Source of the DNA: Chlorokybus atmophyticus
Taxonomy: Eukaryota > Plantae > Mesostigma and Chlorokybus algae
Direction: 5' to 3'
DNA length: 64,000 bases
Assembly (NCBI GenBank): GCA_009103225.1
Contig: RHPI01000193.1
Location: forward strand, 186,001 to 250,000
Below, one piece after another: positions 12,301-28,651 of this stretch. Below the pieces are notes generated by a model. The model saw only the letters and a program-made list of their open reading frames with translations, did no database searches and was not told the DNA's origin. Position 1 is the first letter of the stretch. The number at the start of each line of letters is the position of its first letter. Both the position numbers and the translations under genes were made by a program.

Positions 12301-15150
12301 CAAGTGGTATATATATATATATCAATATCGTGGTCCATATATATCTGTAATTAAAAAACAATATGTATGACTATATATTTGACTATATGTAAGTGTAAAT
12401 ATATATGTATATATACATATATATGTATATATATGTATATATACATACCGGTAGTGCCGTTGTATGCAGCTGTTGGGGCATGCGTGATGCATGCATTGCG
12501 CACGTGAGACAATTGAGGCAGTCACTATAGCCTATACTTTTACCAACATATTATGATGGGGCTTGTGTCGTCGTAGCCTAGCCGGTCTCTTGATAAATCG
12601 TAAGCAGTTGCTTGCTAACCCAGCAGGTTCTGCCGCGCAGGTTGGAATCTTGGTGATGGAAAGACGAAATCCCGTGTGCTGTGTGGCTCTTTTTGTTTTT
12701 CGCCGCGAACTATGGCTGTAACATTTTTGGTTAGATCACGCATTAAGGTTAATCTTCTTAATACATGATCTAACCAATAAGTAGTTTAGGATGTGGCTAT
12801 TATTAAGTTCAAGAAAAGACGGATACCGAACTTAATGCACACCAGCTAGTTGACCTTAATGGCATCTCGATACCACACAAAGTTGTGGCTGCAGCCGCAA
12901 AAAGTGCAAAAATGTATATGTTGCTTGCATATGGATCCCTAATTAAGTTATAGCTGGACATCCAATTAATTTGTGGGCAAGGCCGAACTGTTGGGGGGCC
13001 ATTTCTACCAGTGCATAGCCCGCTTGGAAAATTTCTTCGAGCCATGGCAAGATGCGGTGGCCACGTGCACCGGCACCGAGCTGGTAGCCCACGGCCTCCG
13101 TGTTTAATCGGACGCCCACGTCAACCACGTCAACATCAAACTCGATGTTGTGAATGCCTTCAACATTGTGAAGCGGGCGGCAATCTTTAAGGAGTTGAGG
13201 GCGTCGCCATTCGCAAAGCACATCCCGTTCGCGAAACGATTGTATAAAAAGGAGTTCTTGATCTGGTGCTGATGCGGCGCGGACATTGTCAACTCATTGG
13301 ACGTGGCGTCGACACGTGACACCCGCCCGTCAAGGCGACCCGTTGGCAGGTTTCATGAACGCACTCTTACATACACGTGTCATGGCCCAAATTATGCCCA
13401 ATTAGTGCCATGCGCGCGCCGTGGCTTTCGCCGATAACATTTTCCTGATTGGGCCGCCGACGGAGCTGGCGGCTGCCACACGGGCGCTGCATAAGGAGAT
13501 GGCGCGCGTTGGGTTGCATATGACGCTACACAAGTCGGTGGCTTACTCAGCGAGTGACGTGGCGTTGCGCATGTTCAAAGTCGAGACGAGCGTGATGCGC
13601 ATGATGGACAGCAACGTCGCCCTTGGGGTCCCAGTGGGTGCGGAGGATTTTGTGACGCGGCGATGTGACGCCACGTCACGTGACTACCTCACGATACTGC
13701 CGACATCGGTGTTGCTGCCAAATACGCAGGCCGCCGTGCTGTTATTGACAAGGTGCGTCGCGGTGCGCCCGGGTACCTCACGCGAGCCGTGCCATCAACG
13801 GCGCCCTTTCGTGCATTATTTGCGAACTGTAATGGCGCACTTCAGTAAGCGCTGCGTAACATGCTACACGTGCCGAGGTGATCGGCTGATTGTGTCGCTG
13901 CACAGGTCGTGCTACCGGTAGCTGACGGCGGTTTTGGCTTACGCAGCGCTTTGCTGCATGGACCCGCGGCTTTTATCGGGGGTTGGGCGGCAGCCGCCCA
14001 TCAGCTGCGTCGCCGTTACACCACTTCGCCGTCGGCGGAGTGGGTGGCAACTACCGACAACATCGACACAGGAGACTCGTCGTGTCATCAGCATCTCCGA
14101 GTTGCCATGGAGCTTTTGCCACCACCGATGCGCCCATCATTTCCGCCCTTTGCGGCATTTGTGCGCATGAAAGCGCAAGCTGCAGGAGGAGTTGGGCGCG
14201 GCTGTTGACGGAACGACCATTGACGACTTTAACACCGACGCCGCCGACGCCGACGAGCAACGATGACAGTCGGCCGTCGGCATTAGTGCAGGAGCATGGC
14301 TGATAGCGTTGCCGATTATGCCAGCGCTCAAGCTCATCGCCAATTTTTTTTGCACATCGCTCCGCACAAGGTGAGGTCTGCCGCATCCGATGATCGTCAA
14401 CGTGCCATATTACGTATGCGGCGTGCCCATCACGCCTCAAGACACACATTGGCTCGGGTGCCCCGCGCAACGTAACAGAACAGCAACTCATGACGCGTTG
14501 CGTGATGAGATTTGGGGGCACGGCGTGATGCGCAATCTACTTTCATAATAATTAAGAAGCAAACCAATTTTAAGCCGATCCAGGTTGAAAAAGATTGCGG
14601 AAGAAGGGTCGATCTGATCGCGTCGGAGCAGGGGTGTGACGCGCGCAGCATGATGGTGCTCGACGTTACGGTGACGGCGTACGGGCGTGACGCTGGGTTC
14701 GGTGCGCGGCAGGTGGAGCAGGTGAAGCGTCGCAAGTATCAGGTTAATCCACCGCGCGATACGTCCCACCTCTTGGCAGCCAAAAGCCGCAGGGCACGCT
14801 GGGGCAGGTTTCACCACGTCCGCAATGCTTGTGCGCGCCGCACACTAGCGCACAAGCATTGCGGACGAAGAACCACCCCGCCAACAGGCTGTCGGCGTTC
14901 ATCACGCTCTACAGGCAGCGTGTATCGTGTGCATTGCAGCGTGCGCAGGGCATGGCCGTGCTCGAGCGTGAAGCGGCGGCAGTAACTGCTGTGCCAGGGC
15001 GGGCGCCGCCGCTATCGTCAGCAGTCTCTTTGGAGGAAGACGCGCTGCTGGCGGCCCACAAGCAGCGGGCAGTAATTGCATGCTTGTTTTCATGCGCTAA
15101 GTACGGACACGCTAGTGTATGTGAAAAATGATTGTAAAGTGTAATGGACC
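9400..15150 (+). mobile_element. Degenerate CRE/SLACS-clade non-LTR retrotransposon (RT, CCHC knuckle, restriction-like endonuclease); ends approximate
   Basis: Ordered motifs: WHLWLKLSCLLL..GDWAHLW (10.6-10.8 kb), GGICPIVVGDVLQRLM (11.42-11.47 kb), FFEPWQ..GTELVAHGLR..IKLDVVNAFN (13.03-13.17 kb), QGDPLAG, AFADNIFLIG, LGVPVG, LPVADGGFGL, SAGAWL, HWLGC..THDALRD, RRVDLI..VLDVTV..KRRKY, RQRVSCALQRAQG. Confidence 0.85.
11489..13013. mobile_element. Non-autonomous CACTA (CACTG-type) element, 1525 bp, inserted in the CRE RT
   Basis: TIRs CACCGGTAGAAATGG (11489-11503) and CCATTTCTACCAGTG (12999-13013) match 14/15. 3-bp TSD CAT on both sides (11486-88, 13014-16). AT-rich interior with a (TA)n tract at about 12.31-12.45 kb and no transposase. 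Confidence 0.93.
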
Positions 15151-15527
15151 GTTGATGGCGATGGATTCTGCATGAACATGTAGTATTACTGACCGCAAGT
15201 TTGCATGGCAAGCTCTTGCGTTATGTGTGGGCAATGATTGACAAAATAAGTTTGAACTTTGCACACTTTTATAACAAGCATATTGCATGTTGTTATTGTC
15301 CACTTTTTACTCTCCATCATGTGGCTACCAATAGCTTCTGCACAGCCAAGTTGGTTGAACCAACATCGGGCCCCCGTTATTTTGGGGGGATGGCCATTGG
15401 CCATTGGCCCTTCCCTCCAAGGTCGGTCCTATAGCAAGGGCGTACACCCGGATATAGGACTACCGGTCATGGTTGTTGTCACATCCTTATTGCCGATCCT
15501 TTGCCCTATCTGCCGGGCTTGGCACTC

Positions 15528-18915
<3,388 letters not shown>

Positions 18916-19450
18916 GTCAGATAGGATGGATGAACATTTGGTGAACACAGTTTTGCTACCTATTGGAGCAGTGAGGAGGTGATGTAGTCAAGCCCTGCGT
19001 AGCAGCTACAGGCCACATGACTTGACGGAGTTTGAGGCAACAATGACAGTCTGGGTTATGCATGGCTTATTGCTCGGCATTTTTATTGTGTTCTATGTGC
19101 CTGTTTCTATCCCTAAGTGGGTCATACTAGGGCACATCTACAGTACAAAAACTGCGCAATATGACTGAACACATGTACATGCTATGTGCATTGCGCATGC
19201 TATGGTGTTTGCCTATGCCTGAAACATGTCAGACAGCTAAGTTGCGATCAGACAAACTCAAGCACAGGGGCCAGATGCAAGTCAACAGCAAACATGCAGT
19301 CAGTGGGAACCAAGGCAGAGCTTACACCGACACACTAGCTAACAAGTTCATTCGGCTGTACAGGTGATGCTACCAGCAACCAGCTTATGTGCATCATGTG
19401 AGAACTAATATCAGCACCCACATAAGAAATGAGTGCCAAAATTGGTGCTG

Positions 19451-22400
19451 TCATGTGAGCGCCTCCATGGCCTGCGCTGCGTGCGCGAGCATTAACTCAA
19501 AAGCGACTGGGAGTGGGTGGGCTTTCAGCTCCTCCTCTGCAGCTCGCACCTTTTGAACAACAAGACATGGAAACACGAGCGTTAACACGTGGGCAAGGCC
19601 ACACAAGTAGAAGCTGTTGTCAAGCCTGTGCAAGCATGTCAACAACAACGACAACAGCATTGCATGCAGCGCACACATGTGTTTGAAGAAACAATCCATG
19701 AGCACATGCGCCTGGTGTGATGATCATTCAGCAATACTGAGGACACTGCAAACCCCCAAAGCAAAAAACGGGGTCTTGGATACCATATTGTGCTTGAACA
19801 CGACAAAACTGCCACAGAACAGCCATGCAAGCATCCCTCTGACCTTGCACGCCTGGCTGGGCGCAGCCACCCAAGCGCCAACCGTGGCTCTTGTTGGCAT
19901 GCTCGACGCAAGGTCATCATACACAAGTCTCACGCCAACCCTGCCAATGATGTATTGATGTATTGATTAACATATGTGTGGAATTGACTACGATACCAAT
20001 AACAATGACAAACCCGCACCTGATGTTGTCGTCCATCATTGCAACAAACTCCACAAGCGTGCACGACTGGCTGTGATAAAACTCTTGCAGTTGCGCGCGA
20101 TACAGCTGCAAAGTCTGACAAACCAACAACCTCACATGTCAGCATCAGGACAACACGCTGGGATACATACACATGAAGGTGGCACACAGACCTTGTCCAA
20201 CTGCTGTCTACGGCCGACAAATGCGTGCACGAAGTCCGCAACGCACTCCACAAAGTCCCTCACGCTGCCCTTGCGAACGAGGTGCTCCTTTTCCGCGTCT
20301 CTCAACGGCAGAAAGTACGGAATCTGCAATGAACACATGCCAAGGCGTGTAGCTAATGTAAGGTGACGACGCAACACACCCACTCAGTCACTGCTGCCAA
20401 GTGCAGGAGTGGTTGAGTTGCGCTTCATTCACTTTGCCACTTCATGACATTGTCAAGTAAGGAAGTAAGTAAGTACGTGTCCCAAGAAGCAATCGCTTTG
20501 AATGCTGCATTGATGACTGTGACTTGCTACTGAAACAGAGTCCCTGCTACGGATCAACGCACCGTGTGCTCGGCCACATGGCATCGATCTTCCGCTTCAT
20601 CGCACTGGAGGATGACGTAAAAGGACTCGTAAAACCTCCCGTCATAGAAGGTGTCAAACCTGAGACGTACATAAGCGTACAGCCCACACACATAAGCACA
20701 TGGTCTTCGTGCTTGAATAAATGAGCACCGCAGTGTCTAAGATGACATGGTACACGTGACTGACAACAGCTTGACGAACGACATAGTGATGTTGTGTTTC
20801 CCAAAAGTGTCATCTGTACTGCAGTTGTAGAATGAATGCATGCATTGGCAGCAAACCCAATTGCAAATACAGGACCATAACACTGTCAACGATAAATGCA
20901 TATCTACGCCTGTAGAGGTAAACGAGTGTGCAATTTATGCAACGTTGATACACCCATCAGTCAACAAAGAATCATACGTTTGTCACAGGTTACTGCAAAA
21001 TCAAATATCCAGATGATAAGATTACTGCTGACTGTACGGACACGTTAAAGTGCTTGAGTTATTCATTATGACATACTCATAACATGTGAAAGTCGCGCAC
21101 ATGAGTAGCAGGAGCTGAAACTGCTTTGTTAATTATCCAGACTTACTGTTGGCGTTATTGAAAACTTGCACATGCAGCGTGTTTTGAACGCCACCCGCAT
21201 GCACGTGCAAGAATATGCAAAGTCCGCAAGCAGCTTACCGCACCCCGATGCGATTCCGGTCCAGCTGCAGCACCGTCTTGCCCGCCAGCCTGTACGCCCG
21301 ATCGATAGCTTCCAGCTGCCTGAGGCGGATTCGGCCTTCGGTCTGTTGGGCGAGGACGGATAGCTTGCCGGTGTCAGTCGTGGCTGCTGCATAAATCATA
21401 CAACATACACAACCGCATGAGCAGACAGCGAAGTGAATGACAGATTGTGCGTGTGTTTACACACATTGAGTGCACTCATTGTTAAGTTTGTCACAATAAG
21501 TCGACTCAAGATGTGTGAACACAGGTCGAGACATGTGCCCGCGTGCACGTAAGCACGCATGGACGCATGGCATGCATGTGCACGCCTGCACATGCATGGG
21601 AGTGGGCATGCACACGCACAGGCACGCCCATGTGCATGCACATCAACAGCGCAGCGAGTGAGCCACGCTCCACATGGGTACGACGAACAGCGGGGCCACT
21701 ACGCATACAGAAAGGCCACACTATAGCATCCACGTACTTTGCATGGCTGCTGCTTTGCTGCTCTTCTCCGCATCCGCAAACTGCTTCTCAAGATGTGTGC
21801 CACTGCGACGTCCCTGCTCGAGCTCGCGCAGCTCAGCACACAACCGACTGTGCTCCCGCCTCAACTCCAACACTGACTTGTACAAGGAAAGCGCAGTAAG
21901 AGCCATCTGTACACAGGTTGCACACACATATGCACACACGCACGCACACGTGCACTCGCGCATGCACACACAGTGCTGTTAAACCCAAAATGTGTAGCTG
22001 GGTACACTGGTCAAAAAGGAAAAATGTATGAACAGAAACATAAGTGAGTGAGTGCATGTGTGAATCCGTCACTGAGAGTTCATGACAAACAGTGCATGCA
22101 TGTGAATGGTCCTGGATAAGTGGATGTACATACATGCATGCATGGAGTGAACTACGTCCCAGTGACATGCAAGAAACGAGCGTGATTGATCATCGAGAAA
22201 CTTACGTTCCGCATCTAAGGCTTCATCTTCAGGAGCAGCGGCATAGTCTTGCGTCTGCAGCAATGCTCGCGCACTCTGGGCCAATTGTGCCAGCCTCTAC
22301 AAGTTTAATATAGCAGATATGAAACACTACTTACAGGAGGAAGCATGCATTTGCATCACATTGCATGCACACCTTGTTCATGTTGACGGTTTGGCTGGAG

Positions 22401-22875
22401 GAGGAGATGGTTGTAGGGTGCTGATGTTCTCAGCCGTTGTGCTTTCCACTTTAACAGAGTCTCTGCTTACGTCCGGTATAGTCTGAAGCGCAATTGCGAT
22501 GTCAGACTGCATTCATGCATGCTTTCATACAGTGCGATACATGTTGGGGGGTCATACACGCACCAAGTCAGGACGGTAGATGTAGTGCACGACAGACGCG
22601 CCGGCCAGTAGCGACACAAACGCGGTGCCGTAAGCCCTCAGCATGCTCATGCTCGCACCCACACCACCGACACCCACGTCCACACCCACACCCACGCCCA
22701 CGCCCACGCCCACACCGTCGCCTGATTAGGTTTTGCGCTTTGCCATGCATTGGCGCCACTGAACACGCCGATATCGACGTAGTAAAATCAGTATATCACT
22801 AGCAGGCTTGATGTCCACCGTATCACGTAATTCGTATCTGCTCGCCACGTGGCGAGCATATGCCACGTCCGGCAT
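19451..22875 (-). CDS. CENPO: Centromere protein O (CENP-O/Mcm21), multi-exon; start codon uncertain
   Basis: Spliced translation: coiled coil, then RLRQLEAIDRAYRLAGKTV..RIGVR|FDTFYDGRFYESFYVILQC..VAEHT|IPYFLPLRDAEKEHL..VRDFVECVADFVHAFVGRRQQL|LYRAQLQEFYHS..VEFV|RLVYDDLASSMPTRATV..RAAEEELKAHPLPVAFELML*. This fits the CENP-O domain as I recall it from plant homologues. Confidence 0.82.
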
Positions 22876-23487
22876 CAGCTCGTCGTCTTCTCTTTCCACG
22901 TAGGATAAGCACTCGCGACGACGGCTCTTTGCGCTTATCCTCGCGTGCCGCCAGAAGTACCGGCTGCCCTTTCGCGGGATCTCCCACTCAAGCGCAGCGT
23001 GCGCCCCCAGTACGACCCTCAGGACACGCACACTCCATTCTGACGTCAGCGCGCCCCGTCCTCATCCGCTTTCGGCCTCATCCACGATGGAAGCAATGAA
23101 TACTGACACGTTGATTGAGCTGAGCTGAGCTGAGCTGCATTGGATTCTACTCTATCATTCAGCTGCCAAGGCATTGTTTTGCTCTGGCGGCGGCGGCAGC
23201 GTTAGTGTCAGTGGCATTGGCGGTGGTGGCGGTGTCAGGGTGACGGTAAGGCGAGGAGAGACGAGGCTTTACTGTTGCCTGGGAAGCAAGCAGGAAGCAG
23301 GAGCAGCGTTGGCATTGTGGGGAGAGAGTGTGCAAGCTGTTGTGTGTTCTACTGGCAGTGTGTAGGTTGTTTAATTCCTTTGGAGGGTGTTGCTTGGAGG
23401 CTGGTGTTGCTGGTGTGTATGACAGCATTTCTCGTGTCGTTGCTGCGGTTGTTGCCTTCTGAGGGGGTGCCGGCGGGTGCCCAGCTT

Positions 23488-24535
23488 ATGGCCTCAGAGG
23501 ATGGTGCGGTGCTGAGCAACGGGAAGGCCGCTCATAACCAGGGAGAGGAAGAGCCTCGCGTGGTGAAGACGGCGGACCTGTGCGACAAATACGACACTGA
23601 GATCCGCGTCGCGGCACCACTGTTCACGTCGTACGGTGGGCTCAAAGCCTTTCACGGCCCTATATCAACTGTGCGCGTAGCTGACGACAACTCGTTGGTA
23701 AGTGCACTTGCTGTTGCTGCTTTGTTGGGCTTCACAATAAGCAGTCAGTAGGAGCCAGCATTGTAATACAAGCTTGCGCCGCTGTCCTGACCTTCATAAA
23801 AAAGTTCAGCTCAGATCAGCTCAGGATCTCTGCCAAGTTGGTACTCTCTGTTACTATTTGAAAGGCCAGTAGTCACCTCACTCTCCACGTGATCACCCAT
23901 GAATGTCAGTAATCATAAAATGGTTATCAATGGTTTTGTGTGTGTGGTAGGTGCGTGCAGCTCTTGAAACGTCAGGAGAGGGTCGCGTGCTGGTTGTTGA
24001 TGGAGGCGCTTCAACTCGGTGTGCGCTGGTGAGTTCCTCACTGGTAGCATTGTTCTGAATGTCTTGTCAGGCACAGTGCACTGTGCTGTCAGCACCAAAC
24101 ACTGTGCGCCTTTATGCACTTGCTGCGGTCATTATGAGGTTGCAAGATAGATAGTGACTGAGAGGAATTATGTCTTGCAGCTAGGAGATCAACTTGCTCA
24201 TCTCGCTGTTGAGCACGGCTGGGTTGGCATCATCGTGCACGGGTGCATCCGCGACAGTGCCGAGGTGCACACCATGCCGCTAGGGGTGAAAGCTCTCAAC
24301 ACGCATCCGCGCAAGAGCATCAAGCGAGGACTTGGTGCGTTGTCAACCAGACTGCCACATTGAGCTCTTTGACACTGTCACCCCTGCTTGCATCAACTTA
24401 CTAAGCATGTTCTGCAACCCAGGTGAACGTGATGTTCCCGTGAGCTTTGCGGGTGTTACATTTGTGCCGGGTCACTTTGTATATGCCGATGAAGATGGCA
24501 TTGTAGTTGCAGAGCGCGACTTTTTGGTGGCCTAG
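23488..24535 (+). CDS. rraA: RraA-like / putative 4-hydroxy-4-methyl-2-oxoglutarate aldolase; 4 exons
   Basis: [28 protein letters not shown]|[26 protein letters not shown]|[31 protein letters not shown]|..[13 protein letters not shown]. An in-frame upstream ATG at 23419 would add a 23-aa hydrophobic leader. Confidence 0.93.
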
Positions 24536-25593
24536 CTGAGCACCTGACCACATGCGTGTGCACAGTGTTCCAACCACATACACAGCGGCAAGTTGCTGTG
24601 TCAGTACTTGTGTGTAAGTAGCCCCATAGGATGGCGCCTTTGACCTGCGGCAGATTGCCCAGGCAAGTCTGTATAGTGTGACATTCTTGTGCGTCGCATT
24701 GTAGAGTGTAACGTGTAGAGACACCGTTGACGTGCACAGAGCATCTGTGTCTACCAGTGTTTCGTTTGTATACACTTGCCCAATGTATTGCTTTCGTGTG
24801 CTAGCACATGTGCTTTCTAATGATGTGCGCGTGTCTAATTGCGCGTGCTGGAATGTGCCTGTGCGTGCGCGCAAGCGAGTCCCTTGCAGCATTGGCGGCA
24901 GCGGCGGTGGTAGGGGCGTGGTGGTGGAGGTACTAGACCTGCATGATGGTGCTTCTAACATTGTCACACAAGGCGTCTTGCCGGTGCTGTGAGCTTGACC
25001 TGACTGAGCCGTGGCTGGTTGTTGTATGTTGCTTGCAAGCTTGGTGTCATAATGCGGTATAGCAGGTTTTTGATGCCTACGCAATGCTGCATATAATCGG
25101 CGTGTACAGCCGTGTGCAATCGCCGGTATCGATACCAGCCGTGCATCAGATGTGAGCATGGTCATAATGCGTGTTTACAAAGTATGCAATGCGGTGCATG
25201 TGCGCACGCGGACCTGCGCGAGTGTACAAACGGTGCGACATGCATAGCGCATGCAAGTCAACAAGCACGCACACGCCAGCTAATTAGCACGCGCACAGTT
25301 CCCCTTTGCATATGTTGTACACCAGTAGCAGTCACCATCATCGCCTTTAACTTATATACACGGCCACTGAGCTCACGTTTTCACTATGTTACCTAACACT
25401 ATCTCGACGCTTATCAACCTACAGCCAACCTACCATGAACGTAACCACCAGATGTCACAGGAAACGCAGATACTCTAACCGGAGTAAGTCAGCAGACTGT
25501 GGGCTAGTGGCAATGGCCCGACCACTGAACCTGAAGACTGGCTTTGAGCGTCGTCGTCTTTGAGCCACCGTCTGCTACACTGAGCACAGGAGG

Positions 25594-28500
25594 GTGGCGG
25601 CATTGTTAAAGGCGGGGAGCAGAGGGGTCGGCGGCTTCTTGCCTGGCAAGCAAGGGGAAGCAAGGCCTCCTCCTTGCGCCCAGCTGCCGCCTCCACCTCT
25701 CGCCCCTCGCCCCAAGCATTGCGCTGCTTGCTCGGAGGAGGCGGAGGAGGACGACGGCTGTTGCTGGCTGCCGTGCGTTGACTTGTTTCCTCTTCTGGCC
25801 TTGATGGCAGTGGCGATGGCATGCGGTGGGGGCGTTATTGTGCGGCATCAGTTGCCTGCCTGCCGCACTGCCCAGACACCACCGTCTCCCTAGGCAGAGG
25901 AGGAGGCAGATGGCGCCGCCCAGGCCTCTCCTCTGTTGGGCCAGGAGGCAGATGGCGCTCACCACCACCGCGAAGGCTCATCACCACCACCATTGCTGCA
26001 GCTGCCGGCGGCCCTGCCTTCGTCCCCNNNNNNNNNNNNNNNNNNNNNNNNNNNNNNNNNNNNNNNNNNNNNNNNNNNNNNNNNNNNNNNNNNNNNNNNN
26101 NNNNNNNNNNNNNNNNNNNNNNNNNNNNNNNNNNNNNNNNNNNNNNNNNNNNNNNNNNNNNNNNNNNNNNNNNNNNNNNNNNNNNNNNNNNNNNNNNNNN
26201 NNNNNCCCCGCGCAAGGCAGGCCCGGTGAGAGCCTGTCTTCAGAAACGTGGTCGTTGTCGTGGGTTCCACGAGTGCGCCATCTTGTTTGTATGGTTGGAA
26301 CGTGAAGGCACGTCCGCCTCACAGCCACCCTTACCTTGTCCTAAACTTGCATGCTGATAAGCTTGCTGAGATATGAGCGAGATATAAGTTGTAGTCAATG
26401 TGAGTGCTGAATGACTACTACAGTCTAACCTCGATGAATGCATATTCAATAAGTACATTTCCGCGATAAGTGCATGGTTTTGCCCGACACCAATGCACTC
26501 CATTGGTAGTATAAGCCAGTGTAAGTGCATATCCGCGATCAGTGCATGAAAAGAGGTGTTCCCGATGGTATGCACTTATCGTGGTTAGACTGTACTGTTA
26601 TTATGCGTGCAGCAGTCCCGTAGCCATCTTAGTACATAACGGCCCGCCTATAGCTGTTGCTGAATTGACTCCTAGCGTAGGCATGCTGTTACGCACAGAT
26701 GTGTCTTGTTGGCGATGCATTGTGAAGATTCAATCTCACTGCAGATGCTGACTTGCTTGCTGCATGATGTCAAGCTGAGGTGACATGCTTTAATCGGGAG
26801 TATGAGTTGCAACGGTTGCAAGCCTTCACGCAAAGCTTCCTGATATCCTTCTCCGTGGTGCTTGGCCCCCAAGGTTGTGGCAAAACAAGGTTGCTGCGGC
26901 ATTTCATAGAGGAGAAGGGAGACTTTCACATGCGTTGCTACACAATTGCCAAGAAAAGGCGATTACCACACATGTCGACATGTAAACGCATTGATTGCAT
27001 AAACTCTCTCCGTGCTGGCCACTTTATTCTCACTACCAGCATGGGAGAATATGCTGGGAAACTTTATTGAAGATGTGATCGCACTTGATGTGCGGGAGAA
27101 ACACGCAAGAATAAATATTCATGGCAACGAGTTGGCACTGCTGATTGCATCCAGTTCAAGGAGTGCAATGCAAATACAATAGAGTTCACGATGCTGCAGG
27201 AAGCATAATTGCACGATACGAAATACGATTACAAATACGACATGACATGAATACGAATATTTCATAGTATATTCACCCATCTGAGAGCAAATATGATTTA
27301 TATACGATTTGTTACATAACAATGCATTGCATTTTGTGCTATTAATAATCGTGACAAGTTGCAATATATGCAACCATTTTAAGCTAAAAAACGTTGTTAC
27401 AGCCGCCGCGTGCAGCGCAACTTTCATAATGTGTGTACACGCAAACTATATGAGTACAATTTATGATTTACATTATGTAAGCATTAGAACTTTCCGTGGG
27501 ATAGTATCCAAATAGTATTTTTATTGCTCAATATATACGATGAAATACTAGTAGTTGTCAAAGCAAGTTAAATAGTATGATGCAACCTAGCCTGAAAGCC
27601 TACGAGGTGTTATTGGCGCAGTGGCAAGAACGACGGGATGTACGGTCAGCCGCTAGCGATCGCTTCCTGATCAATGTTATTGATGAGGCTATTGTAGTCA
27701 AAGATTTTAAGAAACACCAGCAGCGCTGATGCGCTCAAAGGTTCTTTGTAACGATCACCAAACACAAAGTTGGGAAAGCACATGTCATTTTAGCCGCATC
27801 TGAGCGCGGCTTCCAGACGTGGCTTGAACGGGGTGCGTGCTGTCATGTTGCATCTCAAACCCTAAAGTGACCTATGCCATGGGTTGCCTAAAGTATAACT
27901 TACAAAAATGTGTTGTGTATAGCCGTCACGGTAACGGTTATATACTACAAGACGTATGTGATCGGTAATTTTCCACCACCCGCAGCTCGTGGCTTCCTCG
28001 ATGATTTGCTCGCTGTGAGTCAGTTAACTGCTATTTCGGGTGATTCGCGTGAATTGATCCGGTAGATTGGGTTTTACATGGCCAGGTGTGTGGCGAAAAT
28101 CCCAAAATATTGCTCGCTGTTGCTGAGTCATCCTGCATCACAGAGTCTTGGGATGAAGAGTCGACTATGCAGTCGCCGCTGCCTGGTGTTAGCATGGTAT
28201 GTGTAGACAGGAAAGGTGTTTTCGCACATGCAAGCATTTGTTTGCGTGCACTTGCACACCTTCAGCGCGCACTTATTGATCTCTATTATAATGCATATGC
28301 GTCCTCAGCATCAACTTCGTAAGTATGAAAGATGTGGACGACCTGATGATGAAAAAGTCCTTTTCTGCAAGCGATGCTGGCTATATACACGTGAGCAGTT
28401 TATGCTCATAGTTCAGGTTGTCGTTGGCAACGCATTTCACGCGATACAACATTGGCGTGCATACGAGCTCCTAGACCACAATCTGGACACCTTGAGAGCC

Positions 28501-28651
28501 ATGGTGTCTGCAAACCTATTTGGTTTGCGTCCAGTTTGCACATGGGCGCGTGATGTTAATGAGCGTTCATTTGGGTCCAAAGCTTTCTAATGTAGTGATT
28601 GCCTCCACGCCTGTCCACTTGCACGCCATGAAGAGCATCTTGACGGGGTAG
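25594..28651 (+). pseudogene. ATPase_2/AAA-type P-loop NTPase gene, apparently disrupted (spans an N gap)
   Basis: CFNREYELQRL..VVLGPQGCGKTRLL (Walker A, 26.8 kb), NVIDEA (Walker B, 27.67 kb), HVILAASERGFQTWL, and a C-terminus NLDTLRAMVSANLFGLRP..VIASTPVHLHAMKSIL reached only by a frameshift at about 28585. Confidence 0.65.

Noticed and set aside
26028-26205. ORFs running through the N gap (also 11230-11332)
   Set aside because: Their length comes from unknown bases, so there is no evidence of coding.
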